Position numbers and translations under genes: made by a program. Shown one piece after another: positions 51,380-60,612 of a stretch of DNA of 64,000 nucleotides. The DNA is taken from the NCBI GenBank assembly GCA_024277995.1, contig JAJRUD010000058.1, positions 1,410-65,409 of the forward strand, read 5' to 3'. Source of the stretch: Chloroflexota bacterium. GTDB taxonomy: Bacteria > Chloroflexota > Anaerolineae > Anaerolineales > E44-bin32. Each line of letters begins with the position of its first letter. Within the stretch, counting starts at the first letter, position 1. Under the pieces are notes generated by a model that saw nothing but the letters and a program-made list of their open reading frames with translations, searched no databases and was not told the DNA's origin.

Positions 51380-52348
51380 TCAGTTGTCGAGGGCGTTCTT
51401 AATGCCGGCAGGCGGATAGCTCGTGAACGGCTCCAGAGCACAGTTGTATGTGCGCCCGTACCACGGATAATCATGATGACCGCCATAAACCTGCCACATC
51501 CACAAGTACTTGAAGAGCGAGGCATCCCACGCCATGCCGAACCCGACCTTCAATCGCTCGTTGGTGATGCCGTACCAGCCTTCAGCCAGCCCCTTGAAGA
51601 AGACCACATCCACCGAGCCCGTCTCCCTGGGAAGGACGCGTCGGATGTCCTGCAGCTCTCCCGAGCGGCGGTTCAAGACGTTTGGGAACTCATAGCCGCC
51701 CCCGGGCTCCCAGAGCCCGTTGGGATGGAATGCGAGCACCTCCACCTCTGTCGCCGGGGCACTGACCCGGCAACTGTCGTCCAGAAAGGGTTCGCCAAAG
51801 GCCGGATGATGCCCCCACATGACGGCGAACTCGGCAGGTGATTCGTTGGTCAGCCGTTCGCGGATGTGCAGAACCGGCCGGTGGCGTTCGAGGGTCATGA
51901 ACCGCTCCAAGGCCAATGGCGAACGATATGCCCTGGTCCAAACCCGCAGGGATACCTTCTCCGGGCTGTCTTCGACGATGGCGGCCTCGAAGGGCAGCAG
52001 CGAGATCTCGCCATGCAGGCCCTGGTAGGTGCCCAGGTACGGCTCGGAAGCCCATCCGGCTGACGGGAGCACTTCCTGCCAGCCCCCGTAGTAGTAATCG
52101 TGAAATGCGCCTTCAGGGAGCGCGCTGGTGGCCACATAGGGCGCTCTCATCTCGATGGGCGATTGCCACATGAAGTCCAGATCCCTGGGCTTGTATGTGA
52201 ACTCGAAGATATCGGCCCCCTTATCCAGCAAAACGCCCACCCGCAAGACCTCGTTCTCAAGGAAGGCGACCCGCATTCCGCGATAGGTGTAGTCGAGGCT
52301 TATGCGACAACCTTGCTTTCGTCCGTGAGTGTACATCGCGCCCATCAC
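51380..52348 (-). CDS. aldose-1-epimerase-superfamily protein (DUF4432-like)
   Basis: 322 aa, beta-rich. ...YGGWQEVLPSAG..., GLHGEISLLPF, WGHHPAFG, ALEPFTS are typical galactose-mutarotase-like signatures. Confidence 0.8.
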   Translation of the reverse strand: MMGAMYTHGRKQGCRISLDYTYRGMRVAFLENEVLRVGVLLDKGADIFEFTYKPRDLDFMWQSPIEMRAPYVATSALPEGAFHDYYYGGWQEVLPSAGWASEPYLGTYQGLHGEISLLPFEAAIVEDSPEKVSLRVWTRAYRSPLALERFMTLERHRPVLHIRERLTNESPAEFAVMWGHHPAFGEPFLDDSCRVSAPATEVEVLAFHPNGLWEPGGGYEFPNVLNRRSGELQDIRRVLPRETGSVDVVFFKGLAEGWYGITNERLKVGFGMAWDASLFKYLWMWQVYGGHHDYPWYGRTYNCALEPFTSYPPAGIKNALDN

Positions 52349-52363
52349 CTCCTAGGGTGTTCG

Positions 52364-53338
52364 TCATGATCTCCAGATCAGGCGAGAAGCGGCGCGCGCT
52401 ATGTCCGAGCGCCACATATCGAACCCCACTGCCAATACGATGATCAGTCCCAATGTGATGTTCTGCCAGGCGGCCGGCACGGCGTTCAGATTGAGCACGT
52501 TTTGCACCACGGCGACAGTGAGCGCACCGAAGAGCGTGGCAACCACGTTCCCATAGCCCCCGGTCAGGCTCGCCCCGCCGATCACAGCCGCGGCGATGGC
52601 GGCCAGCTCCAGGCCCACACCGTAGTTGGGCGAGCCCGAATTGAGGCGTGCCGTCATCAGCACCCCAGCGATGGCGGCGGTGAGGCCTGCCAGGATGAAG
52701 GCCCACAATCGGGTGCGGCTCACGTGGATCCCCGACAGGCGGGCCGCCGATTCGTTGCCCCCCACGGCATAAATGGCTCTGCCGGAAGCCGTGTTCCGCA
52801 GATACACGTAGGTCAGCCCATAGAGCGCCACAACGTAGTAGAAGGGCAGGGGAACGCCCAGCAGCCGGCCGTAGAACAAGGGCTCCAGGAATGGAGAGAC
52901 GGAGAAAATCGGCGAGCCTTTCGTGATCAGGAAGGCGAGCCCGCGAAAGCCGCTCATGTTGGCCAGGGTCGCCACATAGGAGGGAATGCGGCCGTAGGTG
53001 CTCAACAGGCCATTCAAGAGCCCCATGCCGGCCCCCAGCCCCAGGGCGAGCATCAACCCGATCCCGACGGGCATCCCCTGATTCTTGACGAAGATCGCCA
53101 ACAGACAGGTGGTGAGCGCCACAGCCGACCCCGGCGACAGGTCGATACCGCCCGTGAGGATCACCAGGGTGGCCCCAATCGCAGCGATGGCGACGGTGCT
53201 CACCTGCAGTGACACGTTCATCAGGTTCTGAGCTGTGAGGAATCGATCGGTCGTCATGCTCACGATCAGGACCGCGATGACCAGGGCTCCCATCGGCCCG
53301 ATGATTGATGAACGAAGAAACTTGCGCAGGATCTCCAT
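52364..53338 (-). CDS. ribose/monosaccharide-type (CUT2) ABC transporter permease
   Basis: 324 aa, about 9 TM helices. ...AIAAIGATLVILTGGIDLSPGS... is the RbsC/AraH family signature. Confidence 0.9.
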   Translation of the reverse strand: MEILRKFLRSSIIGPMGALVIAVLIVSMTTDRFLTAQNLMNVSLQVSTVAIAAIGATLVILTGGIDLSPGSAVALTTCLLAIFVKNQGMPVGIGLMLALGLGAGMGLLNGLLSTYGRIPSYVATLANMSGFRGLAFLITKGSPIFSVSPFLEPLFYGRLLGVPLPFYYVVALYGLTYVYLRNTASGRAIYAVGGNESAARLSGIHVSRTRLWAFILAGLTAAIAGVLMTARLNSGSPNYGVGLELAAIAAAVIGGASLTGGYGNVVATLFGALTVAVVQNVLNLNAVPAAWQNITLGLIIVLAVGFDMWRSDIARAASRLIWRS

Positions 53339-53362
53339 GCATTGCTCCAGTTGAACTTGGTG

Positions 53363-54958
53363 TCACTCCTGGGTGGCCCAGCCATCCCTCCGCTCGCGAG
53401 GGAAGCCGGGCCCATCTCCCCGACGGATCATGAGCCGGGCCCCCCCCTTCACGCTTTCGCCGTTGGCACCGGAGGCCAGGGAGAGCAATTCATGCTCCGT
53501 CATCTCCTGGGCCGGCGCGACGCGCACGATGCGGCCATCCCTGACCACGGCGATCCTGTCGCTCATCGCCAGCAGCTCCGGGTAATCCGAGCTGATGAGG
53601 ATGATGCCGATCCCCTGGGACGTCAGCTCGTTGATCACGCGATAGACATCGAGTTTGGCCCCGATGTCGATACCCTGCGTGGGCTCGTCCAGGATGAGCA
53701 GCCTCGCTTTGGCGTACAGCCAGCGTGCGATCATCACCTTCTGCTGATTCCCGCCCGACAGGTACTGCACGGATCGGGTCAAAGCCGAAGGCGTGATCGA
53801 AAGTTTCTCCACGTACGCCTTGGCCACCTGGCGTTCACGGGCGAGCTTCAGAAATGGCCCTACCAGCACGTCGCGCAGCCTGGATATGGTGATGTTCGGG
53901 GGACCCTCAAAGTTGTAGAAGAGGCCGTCCGCCTTGCGGTTTTCCGGAACCAGGCCCACCCCGGCACGTATCGCATCCGCCGGCGAGCTGAAGTGCAGGG
54001 GTACGCCGTAGAGCCTGACCTCGCCGGCCGTTGGCCGATCGAGGCCGAAGAGGGCACGTGCGATTTCCGTGCGGCCAGAGCCCACCATGCCTCCCAGGCC
54101 CAGGACCTCGCCAACGTGGACGTCGAAGGAGACGCCGTTCACCCCGTTCTCCGTCCGCAGGTCGCGCACCTCGAGGCAGACTTCGGGGCGTGCGTTGCGC
54201 TGCTTGGGGTAGTGCTGATCGATCTCCAGACCGACCATCATGCGCACCACGTCGTCCATGGTGATGTCGTGCGCCATCCCGCTGCCGACAACGACGCCGT
54301 CCTTGAGCACGGTAACCCGGTCTGCGACGCGGAAGACCTCGTCCAGGCGGTGGGAGATGTACAGGATCGCTTTGCCCTGCGCAGCCAGGTCCCGCACCAA
54401 CGCCAACAAGCGCCGGGTCTCGCCCAGGCCCAGCGCGGCCGTCGGCTCATCCATGATCAACAGGGTGGAATCCAGCGAGACGGCCTTGGCGATCTCCACC
54501 AGTTGCTGTTCGGCGACGGAGAGATCCCTAACGACGGCATCCGGAGATATAGCCATGGCGAGCTGCCCCAGGACCTGCGAGGTGGAATGTCTCATCCCAT
54601 CCCAGTCGAGCAGCCCGAGCCGCGGGGAACGCATTGGCCGACCCAGGTAGACATTCTCCGCCACGGTCAGCGCCGGAACCAGGGAAAACTCCTGATATAT
54701 GGCCGCCACACCGTGGGCGCGCGCCTCCAGCGGGTGAGACAGCGTCACAGGCTCACCGTCCTTGAGGATGCTCCCCATATCTGGCTGATGCGCCCCCGTC
54801 AGGCACTTGGCCAGCGTCGACTTACCAGAGCCGTTCTCCCCGAGCAGCGCGTGAACTTCGCCCGGGAAGATGTTCAGCGAAACGCGATCCAGCGCCTGGA
54901 CGCCGGGGAAAGCCTTTGAGACCTCGTGCAGCTCCCATAGGGGTTGCATTACTGCCAT
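53363..54958 (-). CDS. CUT2 sugar ABC transporter ATP-binding protein with duplicated ABC domains (RbsA-like)
   Basis: Walker A GENGSGKST, signature VAEQQLVEIAKA, Walker B LLIMDEPT. The second domain has GMVGSGRTE, LSGGNQQKV and LLILDEPTQGID. An unusual roughly 45-aa C-terminal tail follows. Confidence 0.9.
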   Translation of the reverse strand: MAVMQPLWELHEVSKAFPGVQALDRVSLNIFPGEVHALLGENGSGKSTLAKCLTGAHQPDMGSILKDGEPVTLSHPLEARAHGVAAIYQEFSLVPALTVAENVYLGRPMRSPRLGLLDWDGMRHSTSQVLGQLAMAISPDAVVRDLSVAEQQLVEIAKAVSLDSTLLIMDEPTAALGLGETRRLLALVRDLAAQGKAILYISHRLDEVFRVADRVTVLKDGVVVGSGMAHDITMDDVVRMMVGLEIDQHYPKQRNARPEVCLEVRDLRTENGVNGVSFDVHVGEVLGLGGMVGSGRTEIARALFGLDRPTAGEVRLYGVPLHFSSPADAIRAGVGLVPENRKADGLFYNFEGPPNITISRLRDVLVGPFLKLARERQVAKAYVEKLSITPSALTRSVQYLSGGNQQKVMIARWLYAKARLLILDEPTQGIDIGAKLDVYRVINELTSQGIGIILISSDYPELLAMSDRIAVVRDGRIVRVAPAQEMTEHELLSLASGANGESVKGGARLMIRRGDGPGFPRERRDGWATQE

Positions 54959-54982
54959 ATGCTATGCCTGCCTTGGGGAGAT

Positions 54983-55017
54983 GGCCTCGGGCTCGATCTC
55001 AATCGAAACCCGAGGCC
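54983..55017 (-). promoter_or_regulatory. intercistronic stem-loop between the binding-protein gene and the ATPase gene
   Basis: GGCCTCGGG (54983-54991) pairs with CCCGAGGCC (55009-55017), giving a 9-bp stem and a 17-nt loop. It lies in the 90-nt gap after the SBP stop (55049). Confidence 0.45.
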
Positions 55018-55048
55018 GATCACACTCCCTGCGTTGCGCTCTCTGCTC

Positions 55049-56203
55049 CTAGGGGCAGCTGTATTCCTTGGAGGGCGCCGGATAGAGCTTGTCGGGATGG
55101 CACAGGTAGTTGAGGACGTTCGACTGGTCGACGATCACCGTGGGTGTCTCGGTCCAGCCTCCCGGATAGGTCCCCGCCAGGCAGTCCATCGTGACCTGCA
55201 AGACCACCTCCCCCATCACGAAGGGGGTGGTATTGACCGTCGCCTGCCAGCGGCCCTCGGCGATGTCCTCCAGGCCTGTCGTGTCGCCGTCGTTGCCGAA
55301 GATGATCACATCCTCGCGGCCCAGTGCCTCCGCGGCGCGCGCTGCGCCGATGGCGATGTAGTCGTTGGCGGTCACCACGACCTGCACCTCAGGGTTCGCC
55401 TGAAGCAGGTCCATCATGGCCGTGTTCCCGGTCTCTACGTTCCAGGCCGTGGGCAGGCTGGCCACGACTTCCATTCCGGGGAAGTCGGCAAAGGCGTCCA
55501 GGTAACCCCCGATGCGTTCGGTGGAATGGTAGCCCGGCAGGCCTTCAAGAACGCCCACCTTGGCCTCACCCTGGACCATGCCGATGGCGTACATGCCCTC
55601 TTTGTAGGTCCCCCGGCGCTGGCTGTATCCCACGACGCCGTGAACGGGGGTCGGGAAGTCAGCGATGTCCGAGTTGACGATGATGACCGCGACTCCCTTC
55701 TCCACGGCCTGCTTCACCAAAGGCGCAGCGGCGTTCTCGTCATGGGTCGAGAGGATGATCGCGTCGACTTCCTGGGTGAGCACGTCCTGGATCATCCCCA
55801 TCTGGCCTTCGATGTCCGAACCACTCTGTGGTGCGAGCATGAAGGTCTCGACGCCCAACTCCTCGGCCTTGCTTTTGATGCCCTCACCGATGGCGATATA
55901 ATAGTTGAACTCGGTGGCGGGCGGCATGTAGGCTATGCGTGCCGCGCCGTTGCCGTCATAGGCCAGGTTTTGACAGCTGGCCTGTGCTCCAGGAGCGAGC
56001 GCCACGGGGTTGAAGGCCGGCTCGGGCGCTTCATAGTCGGCCAGGGAGGGTACCTCAACCTCACCCCCTGACTCCGCTGGCGCTCCCTCCTCCTGGGTCG
56101 GAGCGGCCGCATCAGGCTCGCCGGTCGGCTCTGCGCCCCCCGTTCCACAGGCAGCGAGCAGCAGCATGGCTAGTACGAGCAGCAATCTTAAGCGTGCTTT
56201 CAT
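55049..56203 (-). CDS. CUT2 sugar ABC transporter substrate-binding lipoprotein (RbsB-like)
   Basis: MKARLRLLLVLAMLLLAAC (lipobox), an acidic/Pro-rich linker, then a type-I PBP fold (...IAYMPPATEFNYYIAIGEGIK..., VAVIIVNSD, VVTANDYIAIGAA). An AAAGGAGAGAA Shine-Dalgarno lies upstream. Confidence 0.9.
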   Translation of the reverse strand: MKARLRLLLVLAMLLLAACGTGGAEPTGEPDAAAPTQEEGAPAESGGEVEVPSLADYEAPEPAFNPVALAPGAQASCQNLAYDGNGAARIAYMPPATEFNYYIAIGEGIKSKAEELGVETFMLAPQSGSDIEGQMGMIQDVLTQEVDAIILSTHDENAAAPLVKQAVEKGVAVIIVNSDIADFPTPVHGVVGYSQRRGTYKEGMYAIGMVQGEAKVGVLEGLPGYHSTERIGGYLDAFADFPGMEVVASLPTAWNVETGNTAMMDLLQANPEVQVVVTANDYIAIGAARAAEALGREDVIIFGNDGDTTGLEDIAEGRWQATVNTTPFVMGEVVLQVTMDCLAGTYPGGWTETPTVIVDQSNVLNYLCHPDKLYPAPSKEYSCP

Positions 56204-56315
56204 CTCCCGTTCTCTCCTTTAGGATGGTTTCGATGGAACGCGTCGTTTTCCGGAATTCAAGCCTGAGTTTGATAGCACCTCCTTCTGCGCGTATTCGCTC
56301 ATCCCTTCTGACCAT

Positions 56316-57473
56316 CTACCGCTCCGTCCTTTTTCCTCCCCCGACAAGGTCGGAACGAATGAGCTCCTGGACCTCGGATTTCGTGACCACCGGCAGATCG
56401 AACATCAGAGTCTGCTTCAACCTGGTGGCCGCGTCGCCCACGACGAGACCTTTTTCCATCCCGCGCGGCGTGATACCTTCCGTCAGCAAGCCGTAGTAGA
56501 AGCCGCCGTTCCATGTATCCCCGCCCCCCAGACGATCCCAGAGCACAATGGGGCGCACGGCGCTGGAGCGCAGGAAGGTCCCCTGGGCGTCCATCGCAGC
56601 CGACTCCCAGCGGTGCCGCTCGAAACTGTCCGGGTAGCGGATGGTGATGGCGACCACCTTGGTCTCGAAACGATCTCCCACCTGCTGCGCAAAAGCACGC
56701 AGATCTGCGTCTTCAAGGGTCCCCATCTCACCTTTTACGATGTCCTCGGCACTGTAGCGGCCGCAGTCGATGCCGTAGATTCGCGCCATATCTTCGATGG
56801 TCGTGATCAGCACGTCGACGTGATCCGTGATCAGGGGCGTCATAGTCGCGCGGCAGGTATCCGCATCCCAGAGAGTGGCCCGGTAATTGAAATCCAGGCC
56901 CACCAGGCATCCTTTGGGTTTGGCCTGCAGCGCCTCCAGGAAAGCCTCCAGCAGATGGTTGCGCTCATAGCCTGAATGCGCGGCCAATCCGAAAGTGATG
57001 CCGGAGGTGTGGAAGAGGCGGCAATCCCTCAGCACGCGTTCCCAGTCCACCATCCCGGCCCCAAGCCGGCTGGCGGCGGAATACATCCGCTGATACCAGC
57101 CCCGGTTCTTGCGCGGCGTGCGCCCGATCTCGTAGATGAAGCGCCCGATAGGCTCGGCTTTGGGCGCCCAGACGAAGCCGGTCGTGTCCACCCCTTGTGA
57201 TCGCGTGACGTCTCGCAGCTGCCAGCCATACGGATTGTCGGGGACACGCGTGACGTAGCCAGCAGGGATGCCCAGCCTGGCCAGGGTGATGGCCAGTGTG
57301 AGCTCGGACCCGGCCATGGAAAGGTGGACCAGCCGCGTGCGCTCCGGTCGCTCCGAATCCGCCGGCGTGTCGCGCACCATGGTTTCACCCATGGCGACAA
57401 AGGCCGGCCCCCGGCCCTCGAAGGCCGAGAGGTCATCCTGTGTGATGTCGAAGGTCTGCGACGGCACGGACAT
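56316..57473 (-). CDS. PfkB-family sugar(-acid) kinase (2-dehydro-3-deoxygluconokinase-like)
   Basis: 385 aa. ...GSELTLAITLARLG..., and the C-terminal anion-hole/catalytic segment DRLGGGDTWNGGFYYGLL. Longer than typical KdgK. Confidence 0.8.
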   Translation of the reverse strand: MSVPSQTFDITQDDLSAFEGRGPAFVAMGETMVRDTPADSERPERTRLVHLSMAGSELTLAITLARLGIPAGYVTRVPDNPYGWQLRDVTRSQGVDTTGFVWAPKAEPIGRFIYEIGRTPRKNRGWYQRMYSAASRLGAGMVDWERVLRDCRLFHTSGITFGLAAHSGYERNHLLEAFLEALQAKPKGCLVGLDFNYRATLWDADTCRATMTPLITDHVDVLITTIEDMARIYGIDCGRYSAEDIVKGEMGTLEDADLRAFAQQVGDRFETKVVAITIRYPDSFERHRWESAAMDAQGTFLRSSAVRPIVLWDRLGGGDTWNGGFYYGLLTEGITPRGMEKGLVVGDAATRLKQTLMFDLPVVTKSEVQELIRSDLVGGGKRTER

Positions 57474-57482
57474 GAGCCCCTC

Positions 57483-58253
57483 CTACCAGGTCTCTAGTTG
57501 CGCTGTCAGCCCGCCGTCAACGAAGAGTTGTGTCCCTGTGATGAAATCTGCCTCGTCGCTGGCCAGGAAGGCAGCCGCATGGCCGATGTCCTCCGGGCGG
57601 CCGATGCGCTTCATGACCTGGCGATCTTCCACAGCCCGCCGTTGGGCTTCCGGGTCATCGTAGCTGTCGAAGATGCTCTTGATGAGCGGTGTGAAGACCC
57701 AGCCCGGGGCGATGGCGTTCACGCGAATGGTGGGTCCATAGTCGATGGCCATGTTGCGCGTCAAGGCCGTGATCCCGCCCTTGGAGGCCGCGTAAGGGGC
57801 GACACCGTTCACCGTGGCGTGGGAGTGCACGGAGGAGATGTTGACGATGGCCCCCTTGCCCACGGCCTGCATGTGGGGGATGGTGTACTTCGAGCACAGG
57901 AATACGCTCTTCAGATTCACAGCCATGCAGCGGTCCCAGTCCTCGCCGGTTGCCTCCAGGACGGGCTTGTAGATGCCGATGCCGGCGTTGTTGACCAGCA
58001 CATCGATGCGGCCGTACTTATCGAGCGCGGCCTGCACCATGGCCTTCACCTGCTCCTCGTTCGAGACATCGCACTCCACGAAGATGGCATCGCCGCCGGC
58101 ATCCCTGATCTCCTGGGCGGTTTTCTCCCCGGCCGCGGCGTCCCAATCAACGACCGCTACCTTGGCACCCTCGCGTGAGAACACCGTCGCGATCCCCCAG
58201 CCGATCCCTTTCGCTGCGCCGGTTACGATGGCAACTCGGTCCTTGAGTCGCAT
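57483..58253 (-). CDS. short-chain dehydrogenase/reductase (classical SDR)
   Basis: RVAIVTGAAKGIGWGIA, NNAG, YAASKGGITALTRNMA. Confidence 0.9.
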   Translation of the reverse strand: MRLKDRVAIVTGAAKGIGWGIATVFSREGAKVAVVDWDAAAGEKTAQEIRDAGGDAIFVECDVSNEEQVKAMVQAALDKYGRIDVLVNNAGIGIYKPVLEATGEDWDRCMAVNLKSVFLCSKYTIPHMQAVGKGAIVNISSVHSHATVNGVAPYAASKGGITALTRNMAIDYGPTIRVNAIAPGWVFTPLIKSIFDSYDDPEAQRRAVEDRQVMKRIGRPEDIGHAAAFLASDEADFITGTQLFVDGGLTAQLETW

Positions 58254-58292
58254 GTTGCACCTCCCTTTGTGAATGACCGCATTCCGCCGCGC

Positions 58293-59474
58293 CTACCAGC
58301 GGACGCGCGGCGTGGAGAGAAAGACGGGGCCGTCCTCGCCCACCGCCACGTTGTCCTCGATGCGGATGCCGCCGAAGCCCTCGATGTAGACACCAGGTTC
58401 AACGCTGCTCACCATCCCGCGGACCAGCTTGTCCTGCGCACCGGGCATCAGGATGGGGATGAATTCGTGATAGCGCAGACCCACTCCATGGCCGGTGATA
58501 TGCACGAAGTACTCTCCCAGCCCGGCTTTCTCCAGCACCTCGCGCGCGGCACGATCCGGATCCTCGAAGGCGCACCCCGGCCTCATCTGCGCCGCCGCTG
58601 CCTGTTGCGCTTCCAATACGGCGTTGTAGACCTCGCGCTGCCGGTCGCTGGGCTCTCCCGCCACGTCTACGTGGGTCAGGTCAGACCAGTAGCCATCCAC
58701 CACCGTGGCCAGCTCCACCATCACGATATCCCCCTCCTGGATCACCCGGTCTGTCGAGGGGACCAGCAGCGTACCCTTGGTGCTGCCCACCGGGCCGGCT
58801 CCCACCTCCGCCAACGCGCGCACCAGGCGCGCGCCGCGATGGCCAGGCCCGCGCGCCCGTATCTCGGCTTCCACCATCGCCCCCACCTGGGCTTCCGTCA
58901 TACCGGGCTTGAGCTGGCGGTGGAAGGCTGTCAGCCCCATCTCGGCCACCTCATTGGCTATGCGCAGCTTCTCGAGCTCATAGGGCGTCTTGATCGCCCG
59001 CTGCGCGGACAACAAGCCGTTGGCGTCGACGAACTCGGCCTGCGAGAACACCTCTCCCAGCAGATCCCACCACGGCGCAGCGGGCACCACCGGCTCAGCG
59101 GCCCGATAGGAACTGCCCACCACCTCGAAGCTCTTCTCGACGCCGATGACGGCCCGGCGCAGATCGAAACGCTGCGCCAGGTCGCCGAGCAGCCTGCGGT
59201 AGCTCGCGTACAGGTCGGCGTCCTTCAACAGACCCCAGCCGAAGGTATGCACCTCGGCCCACTGCCCGTCGGCGTATTCCGCCTCGACCTCGGGCAGGTA
59301 CAGCACCGGCTCTCCCTCGGCGGAGAGAAACACAAAAGAAAACCCGTGGTGAGGCCAATAATCCGTCAGGTAAACCACGTTTTCCGGCAGCCTGCAGAGC
59401 AAGGCGTCGAAGCCCTCCTCCTTCATTCGCGCCTGCAGCCGCTCCCTGCGCTCAATATCTACAGATCGCTCCAT
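58293..59474 (-). CDS. M24-family metallohydrolase (creatinase/prolidase fold, Xaa-Pro peptidase-like)
   Basis: Creatinase_N-like N-terminus (RLQARMKEEGFDALLCRLPENVVYLTDY). The pita-bread domain has metal ligands in the contexts VELATVVDGYWSDLT, ITGHGVGLRYHE, EPGVY and IRIEDNV. Confidence 0.85.
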   Translation of the reverse strand: MERSVDIERRERLQARMKEEGFDALLCRLPENVVYLTDYWPHHGFSFVFLSAEGEPVLYLPEVEAEYADGQWAEVHTFGWGLLKDADLYASYRRLLGDLAQRFDLRRAVIGVEKSFEVVGSSYRAAEPVVPAAPWWDLLGEVFSQAEFVDANGLLSAQRAIKTPYELEKLRIANEVAEMGLTAFHRQLKPGMTEAQVGAMVEAEIRARGPGHRGARLVRALAEVGAGPVGSTKGTLLVPSTDRVIQEGDIVMVELATVVDGYWSDLTHVDVAGEPSDRQREVYNAVLEAQQAAAAQMRPGCAFEDPDRAAREVLEKAGLGEYFVHITGHGVGLRYHEFIPILMPGAQDKLVRGMVSSVEPGVYIEGFGGIRIEDNVAVGEDGPVFLSTPRVRW

Positions 59475-59520
59475 GAGACACTATCTCCTTTCGTCAAGAA
59501 CCCTGTCGTCGCGAGGCGGG

Positions 59521-60612
59521 TCACAAGCCCGGGCCCAGAATTCGTCGCCCCGAGACCTGGTCAAAGAGAAAAGCCCGCTCGCGCTCCAATCGAATGAACA
59601 AGGGGTCTCCAGCCTTCAGTTCCACACCTCCCACGACGATGGCCTTCAGGGTTGTTCCATCCTCCAGCCGCAGGTCCAGGACCTGCTCCTCGCCCAACAC
59701 CTGGACGATGTCCACCTCGGCCGGCAGGGCTCCAGGCGTACGCGCCGCCTCGATCCTGATGTGCTCGGGCCGTATCCCCAGCAGCACTTCGTCCGGCAGC
59801 GATAGAAGGCCCTCACCGGCCAGGGACAGCGTGAAGGCTCGATGCTGCAGGACGAGCTCGCCACCCGCGCGCTCCACCTTGCAAGGGACGAAATTCATCG
59901 CCGGGCTGCCGATGAACGCGGCAACGAAGCTCGAGTCCGGCTCCCGGTAAAGCGCCTGGGGGGCGCCGGTCTGCTCCTCCTGCCCCTGATGGATCACCAT
60001 GATCCGATCCGCCATGGAGACCGCTTCCTCGTAGTCATGCGTGGCGTAGATCATGGTCTGACCGGTTTCCGCCTGGAGCCGTTTCAGCTCGCCGGCCATC
60101 TCCTGGCGGATCTTGGCATCCAGGTCGCTCAGGGGCTGATCCAACAGCAGCACGCGCGGGCGTCGGACCAGCGCCCTGCCGATGGCGACCCTGCGCCGCT
60201 CCCCGCCGCTGAAAGTCCCCGGTCGTCGGTCGAGCAGGTGATCGATCTTCAACATCCCGGCGATGGCCCGCACCCGCTCCTCGATCTCACCCAAGGGGAC
60301 CTTGCGAAGCTTGAGCGGGTGCGCGATGTTGTCAAAGGCTGACCAGTGGGGGTAAAGCGCCAAGTCCTCGAAGACCATGGCCACATCGCGGTCTTTGGGA
60401 TGGACCCGGTCAACGATCTCCTCCCCGAGCCAGACCCGGCCTTCGTCCGGGCTCTCCAGTCCGGCGATGATGCGCAGCGTTGTCGTCTTCCCCGCACCGG
60501 GCGGACCCAGCAGACTGAAGAATTCGCCATCCCGGACTTCAAAGCTGATACCCCGCAAGGCCTCCGTATCGCCGAAGGCCTTCCGAAGTCCTTCCACGCG
60601 CACAGATGCCAT
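59521..60612 (-). CDS. CUT1 sugar ABC transporter ATP-binding protein (MalK/UgpC-like), copy 2
   Basis: GPPGAGKTT, FSGGERRRVAIGRAL, LLLDQPLSDLD, and a TOBE-like C-terminus. Its ATG shares one nucleotide with the upstream TGA (TGATG at 60610-60614). Confidence 0.9.
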   Translation of the reverse strand: MASVRVEGLRKAFGDTEALRGISFEVRDGEFFSLLGPPGAGKTTTLRIIAGLESPDEGRVWLGEEIVDRVHPKDRDVAMVFEDLALYPHWSAFDNIAHPLKLRKVPLGEIEERVRAIAGMLKIDHLLDRRPGTFSGGERRRVAIGRALVRRPRVLLLDQPLSDLDAKIRQEMAGELKRLQAETGQTMIYATHDYEEAVSMADRIMVIHQGQEEQTGAPQALYREPDSSFVAAFIGSPAMNFVPCKVERAGGELVLQHRAFTLSLAGEGLLSLPDEVLLGIRPEHIRIEAARTPGALPAEVDIVQVLGEEQVLDLRLEDGTTLKAIVVGGVELKAGDPLFIRLERERAFLFDQVSGRRILGPGL

